In this document: positions 10,120 to 19,788 of the stretch, in pieces | Layout of the letters: the number at the start of each line of letters is the position of its first letter | Position numbering within the stretch: the stretch's first letter is position 1 | NCBI GenBank assembly: GCA_964500125.1 | Contig: CAZCMV010000002.1 | Location: forward strand, 4,173-68,172 | DNA length: 64,000 nucleotides | Direction: 5' to 3' | DNA from: an uncultured Bdellovibrionales bacterium | GTDB taxonomy: Bacteria > Patescibacteriota > Minisyncoccia > Moranbacterales > GWC2-37-73 | Program-made: the position numbers and the translations under genes | Notes under the pieces: generated by a model | The model's database searches: none | Told to the model about the DNA's origin: nothing | Seen by the model: the letters and a program-made list of their open reading frames with translations, nothing else

Positions 10120-11469
10120 ATGAAAAAGATGGTTGCAATTCTTCTGTTCATCTTTCTGTCACTTACCAACATATGTACTACGGCAATCGCTGTTTGTCCG
10201 CAAAATTCTGGTCCATATACTCTGCCATTTACTTACAATGGCGTAACGTACCAGCATGCATTTACTACAGCATGGGTTTACGGACGCACTTTTTTGCTCT
10301 TCTACAATGATGGTCCGGTATATATGTGGGGAGCCACAGCCTACAAAACTACGAATCCCGTACAATATATGTATATTGATTCAGTTGATGACATATTCGG
10401 TAATGGAAATGATATCATATACGACAACTCATACGACACCATCGTATTTGCCCTTGGCAATTCTTACTGCCAAAGTTCCTGCAAGGAAAATTCCGATATC
10501 AACATTCTCAACGACGGAACATACTTCCAACGTAGCGATTATCATTGCAACTTTCTTTATAACGGAACAACGTCTCAGGTGATTGTGCCTGCTTCGAACT
10601 TCTTCAGTCCAACATATCAACTTACTGTCAACCTCAATCCTTCTGCGGGTGGGACAGTTACCAGCAGCTCGGGAAGTTTGACGTGTACCAATGGTGTTTG
10701 CACGGGGAGCTTTTCGGGAGATGTGCAACTGACGGCTTCGGCGGCGGATGGCTGGGAATTTGTGTATTGGATAGACGGAGGAAACAATGATACGACAAAT
10801 CCCAAGACGGTAAGCATGACTGCCGCAAAGGAGATGAAAGCCGTATTCAAGCTATTATCATTTCCTCTTACCAGCTACAACGCGTATAACGCGCCAGTGA
10901 GTTCCGTGTTTGACCATAGCGGAACGGCGCAATATGAAGACACTGATCACCAAGTGAAAACCTTTAAGGGTGAAACTAGCGAGATCCAGACTCCGTATTC
11001 TGGTACCACCTGCTATCCCAAGTCTGATAATTCAGCTTTTGGGTTGGGATTCAACTATGATGGAATCTCTGGTGCAGGAGTTTATTATCTCTGTTACAAC
11101 GGTCATCCGGGATATGATTACAAGGTAGCGAACAATACCCCAGTATACGCTGCTACTGATGGCGTAGCCCACTTACCCTCAAGTTTTCCCGGAGTTCAAA
11201 ACGCTCAAAATTACAATACTGTTGAAATAGAGCGCCAGGATGGTTACAAAACATATTACCTGCACCTCAGCAGTCAAAACGTAACCGAAAACCAGCCAGT
11301 TTACAGAGGACAAACAGCGATCGGTCACTCTGGCGATACAGGATCGCCTGGGTCGTACCATCTTCATTTTGAAGTTCAAAAAGATGGCATCCCAGTAGAT
11401 CCTTACGGATGGGAGGGATCCGGAAATGATCCCTACACAAGAGATACCAACTACAACTTGTGGAGATAG
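10120..11469 (+). CDS. secreted M23/LytM-family peptidoglycan endopeptidase
   Basis: Signal peptide; C-terminal HPGYDY...YYLHLS...GDTGSPGSYHLHFE (HxxxD and HxH zinc ligands). Confidence 0.75.
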   Translation: MKKMVAILLFIFLSLTNICTTAIAVCPQNSGPYTLPFTYNGVTYQHAFTTAWVYGRTFLLFYNDGPVYMWGATAYKTTNPVQYMYIDSVDDIFGNGNDIIYDNSYDTIVFALGNSYCQSSCKENSDINILNDGTYFQRSDYHCNFLYNGTTSQVIVPASNFFSPTYQLTVNLNPSAGGTVTSSSGSLTCTNGVCTGSFSGDVQLTASAADGWEFVYWIDGGNNDTTNPKTVSMTAAKEMKAVFKLLSFPLTSYNAYNAPVSSVFDHSGTAQYEDTDHQVKTFKGETSEIQTPYSGTTCYPKSDNSAFGLGFNYDGISGAGVYYLCYNGHPGYDYKVANNTPVYAATDGVAHLPSSFPGVQNAQNYNTVEIERQDGYKTYYLHLSSQNVTENQPVYRGQTAIGHSGDTGSPGSYHLHFEVQKDGIPVDPYGWEGSGNDPYTRDTNYNLWR

Positions 11470-11547
11470 TGCATAATTGGTAGAAATAAAGCCCTGCTTG
11501 AAAAATCAAGCAGGGCTTTAAAATACTAGATACAATGGCAAGAAAGA

Positions 11548-12288
11548 TTAATTGTCAAATTTAAATGTTGAAAGCATACGGTCTGATATTTCCTTATCAA
11601 GCGCATTCTCTGAAGTGAAGTAATTTTTTATTCTAATGCTATAAATATATTTTTTGTCATTCAAAAAAATATCCTTATTGCAGTTTCCTCCTTGGTCACA
11701 CGTTTTTATCACCTTCGCTTCAAGATCACTGATAGTTTCCATACCCATTAACTCAAAACTATTTTCAACAGCACCATTAGTAATTTTAGCATTTTCAATA
11801 TAATCATCTAAACCACTTTTATTTTTAGAAACAAACATAGAAAATTCGTTAGAATGTACACAGTCCTGATTATTTTTTAGATTATTTTGCGAAGGTCTAA
11901 AGGCTACGTAAAAATATACATCTGGTTGTTGTGCAAATTTTTGCGCATCTGCATCCTGTTCATACAAACTAAAACTAGCTGGATACTGAACCTGAAATCT
12001 AAATTTATCGCTTTTAAATTCTTGCCATTTTATATTTTTCACATTTTCCTCTGAGAAACAATCGCCTTCGGCATTTGTTTCTTGTTGATTTTTAATGCCT
12101 TGTTTTATATTAGATGGCAAAGCAACACCTGCAATTTGATCAATTTCCTGCCCCTTATCCACCTCCCACACAAACACTCCCACCGTAATGGCGATGATGA
12201 CCAAAATAATCGTACCAAGTAATATTCCCACTTTTTGATTTTTCATTTTTTGTTTTTGAAGTCCGATTATGTTTCGATTATACCACAA
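11548..12288 (-). CDS. hypothetical membrane-anchored/secreted protein (246 aa)
   Basis: N-terminal TM helix; no recognisable domain. Confidence 0.4.
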   Translation of the reverse strand: MWYNRNIIGLQKQKMKNQKVGILLGTIILVIIAITVGVFVWEVDKGQEIDQIAGVALPSNIKQGIKNQQETNAEGDCFSEENVKNIKWQEFKSDKFRFQVQYPASFSLYEQDADAQKFAQQPDVYFYVAFRPSQNNLKNNQDCVHSNEFSMFVSKNKSGLDDYIENAKITNGAVENSFELMGMETISDLEAKVIKTCDQGGNCNKDIFLNDKKYIYSIRIKNYFTSENALDKEISDRMLSTFKFDN

Positions 12289-12295
12289 AAATAAA

Positions 12296-12571
12296 TTATT
12301 CTTTGCTCATTTCCCTCCCCGCATTCCACGCCTCGGCGATGGTTTCGACGATTCTTTTGGAAGTAACACCAGTCGTTTCGCTCACTTCGGTTTCAACTTT
12401 TTTCACCTGTTCTTTTTTCACACCACTTTTTTGTAACAACGCGTCGATTTCCGAAAGCAATTGCTCAGAAAGCGAATGTTCCCCATGCCAAGAAGCCTCG
12501 CTGATTATTTTATCCGCGTCTTTGAGAACAAGTTTAATGTCGTTACCGTCTAATACTATCAATAAATTCAT
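12296..12571 (-). CDS. hypothetical 91-aa protein (weak resemblance to TsaB/YeaZ N-terminal half)
   Basis: MNLLIVLDGNDIKLVL...EASWHGEHSLSEQLLSEIDALL pattern loosely TsaB-like; uncertain. Confidence 0.25.
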   Translation of the reverse strand: MNLLIVLDGNDIKLVLKDADKIISEASWHGEHSLSEQLLSEIDALLQKSGVKKEQVKKVETEVSETTGVTSKRIVETIAEAWNAGREMSKE

Positions 12572-12654
12572 TATTGAATAATTAACGAGTTAATGTGTTA
12601 AAGAGTTATTCTCAACTCGTTAACCCGCGAACTCGTTAATAAATAATTGTTAAT

Positions 12655-13464
12655 CTATTTATCAACCTTACTCCAGTCCATCCCCCACGGGTCTGTTTTT
12701 CTCCCCGGTGCGATGTCTTTGTGACCCAAAACATATTTGATTGAATATTTCTTTTTCAGATTCACGATAAGAGAATTGAGAGCTGAGTATTGATCATCAG
12801 TATAATTATCTTTTTCCGTGTTAACCATTTCGATACCAATGGAAAAATTATTTACACCTGTGCGACCGTCCGGCACGCTGCTTTCTCCCGCATGATAGGC
12901 GATATTTTTTTCTGCGACAAGTTGCCAAATGGTGCCGTCGCGACCAATGAGATAGTGCGCCGAAACACCATATTGTTTATATTCTTTCAGTATGCCCTCC
13001 ACATCATAGACATCACCACCTAGCGCGTCATAAGATGAATGCACGATAATCGTATCAATCTTACGATTGTTTGTACTTTTATAACCCCAAGAAATTAAAT
13101 TGACTTTTGTTTTACCCGCACTTTGCGATTTTGTTTTATTTTCATCATCATTATTATTACTTTTTTTTATATCAGTCTTAGCAGTTTTATTATCGGCACC
13201 CTCTTTTGCAATGTCTTTACTTACATTATCTATTTGCTGAATATTTTCTGTATTTTCTTCACTACCATTTATAGCAGTAGCTTCTTGCCCAGAATTTATC
13301 GTGTTGTCACTAGGATTACTACTTTCAGAAAGTGCTAATATGGATACTTTCTTGGAATTATTTTCTCGATATTGCTTCACTTTCCCATACCCAAACCACC
13401 CACCCCCACCAATCAAAGCCAGAATTACTATTATAAATACTATTTTAAAAACTATTCGTGCCAT
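12655..13464 (-). CDS. N-acetylmuramoyl-L-alanine amidase, Amidase_2/PGRP family, membrane-anchored
   Basis: AHYLIGRDGTIWQ...AYHAG...NNFSIGIEMV...GHKDIAPGRKTDP motifs. Confidence 0.75.
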   Translation of the reverse strand: MARIVFKIVFIIVILALIGGGGWFGYGKVKQYRENNSKKVSILALSESSNPSDNTINSGQEATAINGSEENTENIQQIDNVSKDIAKEGADNKTAKTDIKKSNNNDDENKTKSQSAGKTKVNLISWGYKSTNNRKIDTIIVHSSYDALGGDVYDVEGILKEYKQYGVSAHYLIGRDGTIWQLVAEKNIAYHAGESSVPDGRTGVNNFSIGIEMVNTEKDNYTDDQYSALNSLIVNLKKKYSIKYVLGHKDIAPGRKTDPWGMDWSKVDK

Positions 13465-13508
13465 TCGAGTGTCCGCCAGCTGGCGGAATTCGTAAATTAG
13501 AGTCGCCT
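13452..13508. repeat. intergenic repeat element copy a (CCATTCG-GTGTCCGCC-hairpin-GGCGGAATTCGTAAATTAGAGTCGCCT)
   Basis: Near-identical to 35563..35645 apart from a hairpin indel; overlaps the amidase start codon. Confidence 0.6.
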
Positions 13509-13608
13509 ATGTATTTAAGTATAAACCAAAAGCTACCCTTCTGGATAGCCTTTGTTTGTTGTTGAAACATTTGAGTAATTCGTATGTCTATCTTTATATT
13601 AAAGTCAC

Positions 13609-14394
13609 CTATTTTATAACATAATTAACCCCCACTTCAACGATTATTTCCTGCATGCCGGAAGGAACCTGCGATAAAGATTGCGTACCTCTCCCTTCAG
13701 CGCCACCTGAACCACCATACCCCAAATTTAGTTGAGAATTTGCAGGCTCCTTAATTATAGATTCATACCATCCTGCAATTTTGCCTAGATTTATTCCTGC
13801 AGCCTTGGCTAATTCCGGAGCTTTGGCGCGTGCATCTTGAATCGCAGCTACTCTCGCTTTTTCTTTGAGTTCATCGGCATTTGAGACCGTGAAATCAATT
13901 CCCATAATTTGATTGGCGCCAGCCTTGTTTGCTTCTGAAATTATTTTGCTTACCTGTTCAACATTGTCCCCAATTCCTTCAATTTTTATATTCAGCTGTT
14001 GATTTGCACTATATCCGGAAAGTGTCGAAACATTGTTGGCAAAATCATATTGCGGTACTACTGAATATGACTGGGTACTCACGTTTTCCTTTTTCACAGA
14101 AACTAATTCCATAGCTACCGTAATTTTGGCCACTCTGGCATTTAGTTGATTGAGAGCATCTTGCGCTGTAGGTGCTTTGTCAATTTGCACCCCCAAAGTC
14201 ACCAAAGCAGTATCCGGCACATATGGAACGGACGCACGACCCACGACGGTTATTTGATTATTGATCGGATTTACAATCCTGTCGCGCAAAATCGAAACTA
14301 TGGCAATCACTCCAACAAGAAGAACTGCCAGAAGCATAATTACATATTTCGGTCGCATCCATTCGCTTTTTACGGGCAAATTTCCTTGTTCCAT
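13609..14394 (-). CDS. SIMPL/DUF541-domain periplasmic protein
   Basis: N-terminal TM anchor, ITVVGRASVPYVPDTALVTLGV, C-terminal GGSG...VNYVIK typical of SIMPL family. Confidence 0.55.
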   Translation of the reverse strand: MEQGNLPVKSEWMRPKYVIMLLAVLLVGVIAIVSILRDRIVNPINNQITVVGRASVPYVPDTALVTLGVQIDKAPTAQDALNQLNARVAKITVAMELVSVKKENVSTQSYSVVPQYDFANNVSTLSGYSANQQLNIKIEGIGDNVEQVSKIISEANKAGANQIMGIDFTVSNADELKEKARVAAIQDARAKAPELAKAAGINLGKIAGWYESIIKEPANSQLNLGYGGSGGAEGRGTQSLSQVPSGMQEIIVEVGVNYVIK

Positions 14395-14436
14395 ATATCA
14401 TTATGTTATTAATTATAAATTGCTTGCATTGACCAC

Positions 14437-14480
14437 TTGAGTCATTAGAGTGTCCACTTGAGATATCAGAGTCGCTTTAT
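14437..14480. repeat. intergenic repeat element copy c (GAGTCATTAGAGTGTCC...AGAGTCGC)
   Basis: Shares GAGTCATTAGAGTGTCC and AGAGTCGC half-sites, 23 nt apart, with copies a and b. Confidence 0.5.
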
Positions 14481-14745
14481 TGGATACTCTTATTACAAAA
14501 CTACCCGCCTAAACGTTCAAAAGGGTCCTCCGAAGAGAACCCTGACCGTGCTTGAATGCTTATATGTTTGGATACTTGTATGTCTACATGATCCCGCGGC
14601 TAACAACCAAAATTGCTGTCGTCTTCATCATCCCCATATTCGTCTTTTGCAAACCCAATAAGCTGTTTTCTGTTGATATTAAGCATATTTTTATCTCAAT
14701 ACCAACATTAGAGTCCTTGAGATGCCTATTCTTATTTAGAGTTTC

Positions 14746-15072
14746 TTATTTAATAGCAACTAATTCAACATCGAAAATCAACGTTGCATTCGGAGGAATT
14801 ACGCCGCCAGCTCCTTGAGCGCCATAACCGAGTTCTGATGGAATGGTCAAGGTGCGTTTCTCGCCAACTTTCATACCTAAAAGTCCCTGCTCCCAGCCTT
14901 GAATCACCATTCCTTGTCCGATAATAAACTCGAATGGTTGTCCTCGATCAATACTGGAATCAAACTTGGTACCGTTTTCCAATTTTCCAATGTAATGAAC
15001 ATCAATGGTATCCCCGTTTTTTACTACGCGATCACCTGTTCCCTGATTAGTTGTTTCGATTTTTAGTTCCAT
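14746..15072 (-). CDS. FKBP-type peptidyl-prolyl cis-trans isomerase
   Basis: GDTIDVHYIGKLENGTKFDSS...PFEFIIGQGMVIQGWEQG...GAGGVIPPNATLIFDVEL. Confidence 0.9.
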   Translation of the reverse strand: MELKIETTNQGTGDRVVKNGDTIDVHYIGKLENGTKFDSSIDRGQPFEFIIGQGMVIQGWEQGLLGMKVGEKRTLTIPSELGYGAQGAGGVIPPNATLIFDVELVAIK

Positions 15073-15360
15073 TTGTTTTTTATCATTAGTTTTTTAATTA
15101 GCGATATCGTTTGAAACTATTGAACACTATTAGATAGCTCCCGCTGAAAAACATAATTGACTTTGCCAGAACAATTTTGTTTATATGTTGCTTTTTGAGG
15201 ATTGCTATTTCTTCCTTCTGTATCACGCCAATTGTACACGAACGAATAAAAAAACACAAAAACCGCCTCGAAGAGCTGTTGAAAGTGAGTTACTTAGTTA
15301 ATGCGGTTGGAACTGGATATAGATAGAGGTCTTGTTTATGGGAAAAATCATCATCGATAT

Positions 15361-16383
15361 TCACCATTGAACTTTGAATTTTTCAGCTATTTCTCGAAAA
15401 GAGCCTTTTCCTAATGTATTTTCAATAATTCTGGCAAGTGGCAATAATTTTCCACTAAAATTAGCTTTAGCAAATTCATCAAATATTTCTTTTCTGTTTT
15501 TAATTTCTCCGTCTGATTTTTCAACAATCTCGTCTAAAAGATCATAAAGCGCTTTTCTTTCAACATATCTTTCAGATAATTTGACATCGCCATTTTCCAT
15601 AAGCACCCTAAAAGCGCCGTTTACATATCCAATTTTATACATCTCTGGATCATCACTATCAACTTCGCCATTAAGAAATTCTAAGATATCATCGGCGTCA
15701 GGAATGAAAAAAATTTCTTCCATAATTCTTTGCTGTTTTGTTTCATCCATCCCACTAAGTTGTAAATCTTTTTTTATCCAAACCTTTATTTTTTCAGTTT
15801 TTTCAACTTCTGATTTAAATAAAGAGTTTCTACAAATTTCATTTGTATAAAACTGACGTGTAACTTCTGAAACAATCGCCTCTTCAATTTTGGCAAAATA
15901 TTCATTTTCAGCAGATCTATCAAAAACAGTTATTCCTGCTCGATAAGGCTCAATCTCACCATCAATTATTTGCGCTGCCTTAAATGATTTAAGATGAAGA
16001 AGTTCATGAACAACAGTAGTTGCAAAATGGACATCCGATTCGCCCCTCTCGACTACGATTCTTTGCTTAAGCAATGAATGAAATCCCTCTCTTAATTTAC
16101 CATCTGTAATTTCACTAACAGCGCCTTCTTTTAATATAAAAATTTTTTCAGGCAAAAAAGATTTTGGAGTTCCACCATAAGATGCAATTATTTTATCAAC
16201 TGCATTTATTGCAAAATCTATAATTTGTCTATCCTTTTTAGATGGCTCAATCTCATATGGTTTTGTGTCTTTGTATGAATTTTCCTCCAATTCTTGCTGT
16301 AATTTTTCATGTGCCTGCTTTTTTTCCTGCTCTGATTTTCCACCTACGATATTTTTATTAAACTGTGTTTCAAAGTCTGACAT
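15361..16383 (-). CDS. hypothetical protein with HEXXH zinc-metallopeptidase motif (start placed at MSDFETQ; ORF track extends via TTG into the terminator hairpin)
   Basis: VVHELLHLKSF motif; no other recognisable family. Confidence 0.4.
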   Translation of the reverse strand: MSDFETQFNKNIVGGKSEQEKKQAHEKLQQELEENSYKDTKPYEIEPSKKDRQIIDFAINAVDKIIASYGGTPKSFLPEKIFILKEGAVSEITDGKLREGFHSLLKQRIVVERGESDVHFATTVVHELLHLKSFKAAQIIDGEIEPYRAGITVFDRSAENEYFAKIEEAIVSEVTRQFYTNEICRNSLFKSEVEKTEKIKVWIKKDLQLSGMDETKQQRIMEEIFFIPDADDILEFLNGEVDSDDPEMYKIGYVNGAFRVLMENGDVKLSERYVERKALYDLLDEIVEKSDGEIKNRKEIFDEFAKANFSGKLLPLARIIENTLGKGSFREIAEKFKVQW

Positions 16384-16445
16384 AAAAAGATTGCACAAAT
16401 TATTATAAGCCAAGTATATCATGATTCCGGTTTTTCGAGATACAA

Positions 16446-16477
16446 AAACAGGCCTCAAACATGGCCTGTTTTTTTGA
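16446..16477 (-). terminator. rho-independent terminator downstream of tRNA-Gly (CAGGCC-N9-GGCCTG + T-run, bidirectional)
   Basis: 6-bp GC stem followed by T7 on plus and T5 on minus. Confidence 0.55.
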
Positions 16478-16480
16478 GTG

Positions 16481-16553
16481 AGCGGGTAGGGGGAATCGAA
16501 CCCCCATCTTCAGCTTGGAAGGCTGACATAAGAAACCATTATACGATACCCGC
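16481..16553 (-). tRNA. tRNA-Gly (anticodon TCC)
   Basis: Reverse complement: GCGGGTA acceptor stem, anticodon arm TCAGC-CTTCCAA-GCTGA, T-arm GGGGGTTCGATTCCCCC; hand-folded. Confidence 0.8.
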
Positions 16554-16664
16554 TTGTTTTTTATGTACGTAACCAATTATATATAAAAATCAAGTTTTGT
16601 CCAGTCCAATAATTTATTGTACAAAAAATTGCCATATGTTATAATGTACTAAAATAAAAAAGCG

Positions 16665-17615
16665 ATGAATAAAAGAAAAAAGACCATTATACTTTCTACT
16701 TTCCTGTTTATATTTATCTTTTTCAGTTGTTTTGTGGCGGGGCAAATTCAAACATCAATCAACAAGAATATTTTTGGTGATTCTGACCAGGATGGTTTGA
16801 GCGATGAAGAAGAAAAATCTTACGGAACTAATCCAAATAATCCAGATTCTGATGGTGATAGCTATTCTGATGGGGTAGAAATAAAAAGCGGATATGATCC
16901 CCTGAAAGCAGCTCCCGGAGATCGAATTTTGGATTCAAATACAACAGAGAATTTATCCGCCTTCGATGAAGCGAGTTTGACCGAAAGCTTTTCAACAACA
17001 GTAAGTCAATTTTTTTCCTCAAAAGAAAACTCTCAAGAAGCAATCTCAGCAGATGAAATAAATGACCTTGTATCATCAAATCTAAGCGATAAAATAGGTC
17101 CTGCTATAACTTTTGAAAATCTTCCTAAAATAGACCGCGATACTTTGAATATAAAAAGTCAAAATTACAAAAATCTCTCCGAACAAGAAAGGCTGGAACA
17201 AATAAAAAAAGACAATGACAAATATGTTAGAGATATACTCTACCTACTTTTTAGCAATCTTCCAAAAACAATAACTTCGACTGCGGATTTTGATTCTTTC
17301 AAAAATACTTTTTCTGATAAATTAGGAGAACTTTCTAGCGATTCTCCTGATTATGATTATTTTCGTACTTTGGCATCAAGTTTGGATATAGCTTGCAAGC
17401 AAGCTGAAAGCATAGAAGTTCCTGAGTCCCTTGTTGATTTGCACATAAAACTCCTTCAGCTAGTAAATGGATACCTGGCACTAAGAGATCCTTCACTTCC
17501 AAAAATAGAAGATTCTATAACTAGAATAATTGTGATATCACGAGCCAGAATGCTTATAGAATTAACATACACTTTTCTTCAGGAGGCCAATGGAACATTA
17601 AGTCTAACGGAATAA
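16665..17615 (+). CDS. secreted hypothetical protein with thrombospondin-type-3-like Ca-binding repeats
   Basis: Signal peptide; DSDQDGLSDEEE and NPNNPDSDGDSYSDGVE motifs. Confidence 0.5.
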   Translation: MNKRKKTIILSTFLFIFIFFSCFVAGQIQTSINKNIFGDSDQDGLSDEEEKSYGTNPNNPDSDGDSYSDGVEIKSGYDPLKAAPGDRILDSNTTENLSAFDEASLTESFSTTVSQFFSSKENSQEAISADEINDLVSSNLSDKIGPAITFENLPKIDRDTLNIKSQNYKNLSEQERLEQIKKDNDKYVRDILYLLFSNLPKTITSTADFDSFKNTFSDKLGELSSDSPDYDYFRTLASSLDIACKQAESIEVPESLVDLHIKLLQLVNGYLALRDPSLPKIEDSITRIIVISRARMLIELTYTFLQEANGTLSLTE

Positions 17616-17623
17616 AAAATAAA

Positions 17624-18523
17624 ATGGAAACAAAAAACAAATTTACAACATTTTTTTTGATAATTCTTTTCATTATTTTTGCCTCATCAATAACAGTTAC
17701 TAAAACAGCAAGAGCTCAGTGGATAGTTCATGATCCTTTTGATATGCCAAACGATATCATGACAACAATTGAGTCAATTTTCACAACTATAGAGACAACG
17801 ATTACAGCCGTAGCAACTGATGGAATGTGGATGAATGAGGTTACTGACAGATACCTGGTGCCCATATTAAAAGTTGCTGCCATCGAAATGATGAATCAAA
17901 TAATCTCTAACATTGTTAGCAGCGGAAACGATGGTAAGCCTATGTTTGTAACAGATTGGAATGACTATCTTTACACGGCAACTGAGAAAGATGCTAAAGT
18001 ATATATGAACTCCTTTTTTAATAGTGTTAGTGCGGGTAGACTTTCCAATTTGAATTATGAAGGAGTTGGACAATCTTATGACAATTATCTTAAAAAACAA
18101 GCCGAGACAACACTATATGGTAACAAAAAAAATTCTACCACCAACATAAACAACTATGTCGATGACCCACGTCAAGATCTCTTTTCCAAGGGAAATTTTA
18201 AGGCTTTTTCTGCTTTTCTCTCCTGCTATAATAATCCCTATTGCTACTCACTTTCTGCTACAGTTGCCCACGAAAAAGAACTTGACCGCTTAAAAACTGT
18301 TGCCATAAAAGAAGCAAACACAAATGGTTATCTACCAAAAAAGGTAGACGGGAAAATAGTCACTCCGGGATCGCAATATCAGAGTGCAATGGAAGGAATT
18401 GATCAAATGGCAAATAACTGGTTTATGAACGCTACAACTTCCCCTGAGCTTATTACGGCACTTGCCGGCACAGTGGTTACAAAGGTAACTAAAAGCCTAA
18501 TCAATGGAATAGCTACCAATTAA
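17624..18523 (+). CDS. secreted hypothetical protein; N-terminus loosely TrbJ/VirB5-like (IVHDPFDMPND)
   Basis: Signal peptide then VxDPxxxxN helix-rich region reminiscent of TrbJ/VirB5 N-termini; weak. Confidence 0.4.
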   Translation: METKNKFTTFFLIILFIIFASSITVTKTARAQWIVHDPFDMPNDIMTTIESIFTTIETTITAVATDGMWMNEVTDRYLVPILKVAAIEMMNQIISNIVSSGNDGKPMFVTDWNDYLYTATEKDAKVYMNSFFNSVSAGRLSNLNYEGVGQSYDNYLKKQAETTLYGNKKNSTTNINNYVDDPRQDLFSKGNFKAFSAFLSCYNNPYCYSLSATVAHEKELDRLKTVAIKEANTNGYLPKKVDGKIVTPGSQYQSAMEGIDQMANNWFMNATTSPELITALAGTVVTKVTKSLINGIATN

Positions 18524-18646
18524 AAAAACATAAAAGATAAGAGGCATAGTCATCGCCAATAGAAAACCTTTATTCAAAAGAAGCTAAGGTCACAGATTTT
18601 TTGCAATGCTGCTGTGTCATCCTTGCTAGAAATATCAAAAACTTTG

Positions 18647-18720
18647 TGGGTATATCCCGACTCGAACGGGAGACCTCTACAATGTCAATGTAGCGCTCTA
18701 ACCAACTGAGCTATACACCC
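18647..18720 (-). tRNA. tRNA-Val (anticodon GAC)
   Basis: Reverse complement GGGTGTATAGCTCAGTTGGTTAGAGCG-CTACA-TTGACAT-TGTAG...GGTCTCCCGTTCGAGTCGGGATATACCCA; hand-folded. Confidence 0.8.
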
Positions 18721-18820
18721 TGAATAAAAACTAATGCGATTTTACCATTCCCAGGCAGACAAGTCTAGCCAGTTGAGTTAAGTAATCTCATGTTTTTTCG
18801 AGCATAGCAGACATATCTAT

Positions 18821-19762
18821 CTAGGCACAACCCTCTGGTTGAATTGACTCTATCAAATTTTCCACTTCTCTAATTTCATTTACTTTTTCTTCGCTCTTAA
18901 GAGCACTGATTTCCCGAAAAAACAAAGTCCAAACAACGACTACCCATGAGGATTTTAATGATGCCACAAAAAATATACCCGCAAATAATAAAAATAACAA
19001 AATTAAAATTATCGGAACAATTCCGGGAAAACCGAATAAAAAATAAACAACAATTCCCGCCAGTATGCTTTGCACAATTAATGTAAAAGTTATGGCAAAA
19101 ATAGATATAAAAATCAAACAAGAAATTGCCACCATAAAAACTCCTAGCACAAAGCTCTTTTTAAAATTAGAAACTAATGTTGCATAACCAAACTCAATGG
19201 AACGACGTATTTTTAAATTAGCCAAAACAATACTTAAGACAGCAAATTTTTTTATGAAATAAGCCCCAATTAATACAGGAATTAATATAACAACAGCAAA
19301 TAGAGACATTAATACGCCAATCACAAAAGCCTTTATCGAAAACAACATAACTATTGGCAAAATAATAGAAATTGTTACTCCAAACAAGAAAAAGAAAAAA
19401 ATCAGATCAAGCAGCAAGAGTCTCCAAAAAAAACTTCTGCCACTTGTTATTATTTTGGTAAATTTCATCTGAGCATATATTTTCGTTTCAGTAGCTCCTT
19501 TGATCACAGCAATATGACTTAAAATCGATAGTACATAGAGCAATACGCAAATAACTACCAACGAAAGAAATAAACCGGTCGCTAAAAAAATATGCTCCTG
19601 AAAATAATTCGAAAATGACTCCCCTCTTTCATCTTCAAAAGATACTGTACTAATGCTACTTCCAAGTACGATAAAAAAACCAAGCATCCACATAAAATGA
19701 TTGTTCCAAACAAGACTCCAAGATCTTTTCAAAATAGAGCCGTAATCTATCTTATTTTTCAT
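18821..19762 (-). CDS. polytopic integral membrane protein, unknown function
   Basis: About 8 predicted TM helices; no catalytic motif recognised. Confidence 0.45.
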   Translation of the reverse strand: MKNKIDYGSILKRSWSLVWNNHFMWMLGFFIVLGSSISTVSFEDERGESFSNYFQEHIFLATGLFLSLVVICVLLYVLSILSHIAVIKGATETKIYAQMKFTKIITSGRSFFWRLLLLDLIFFFFLFGVTISIILPIVMLFSIKAFVIGVLMSLFAVVILIPVLIGAYFIKKFAVLSIVLANLKIRRSIEFGYATLVSNFKKSFVLGVFMVAISCLIFISIFAITFTLIVQSILAGIVVYFLFGFPGIVPIILILLFLLFAGIFFVASLKSSWVVVVWTLFFREISALKSEEKVNEIREVENLIESIQPEGCA

Positions 19763-19788
19763 ATTTTTAATTTTTGAGCACTTTCCAT

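Noticed and set aside
9984-10310. 108-aa plus-strand ORF overlapping the M23 peptidase start
   Set aside because: It sits in a different frame overlapping a gene that has a clear signal peptide and SD. Only its first 4-codon piece (MEIG) looks purposeful.
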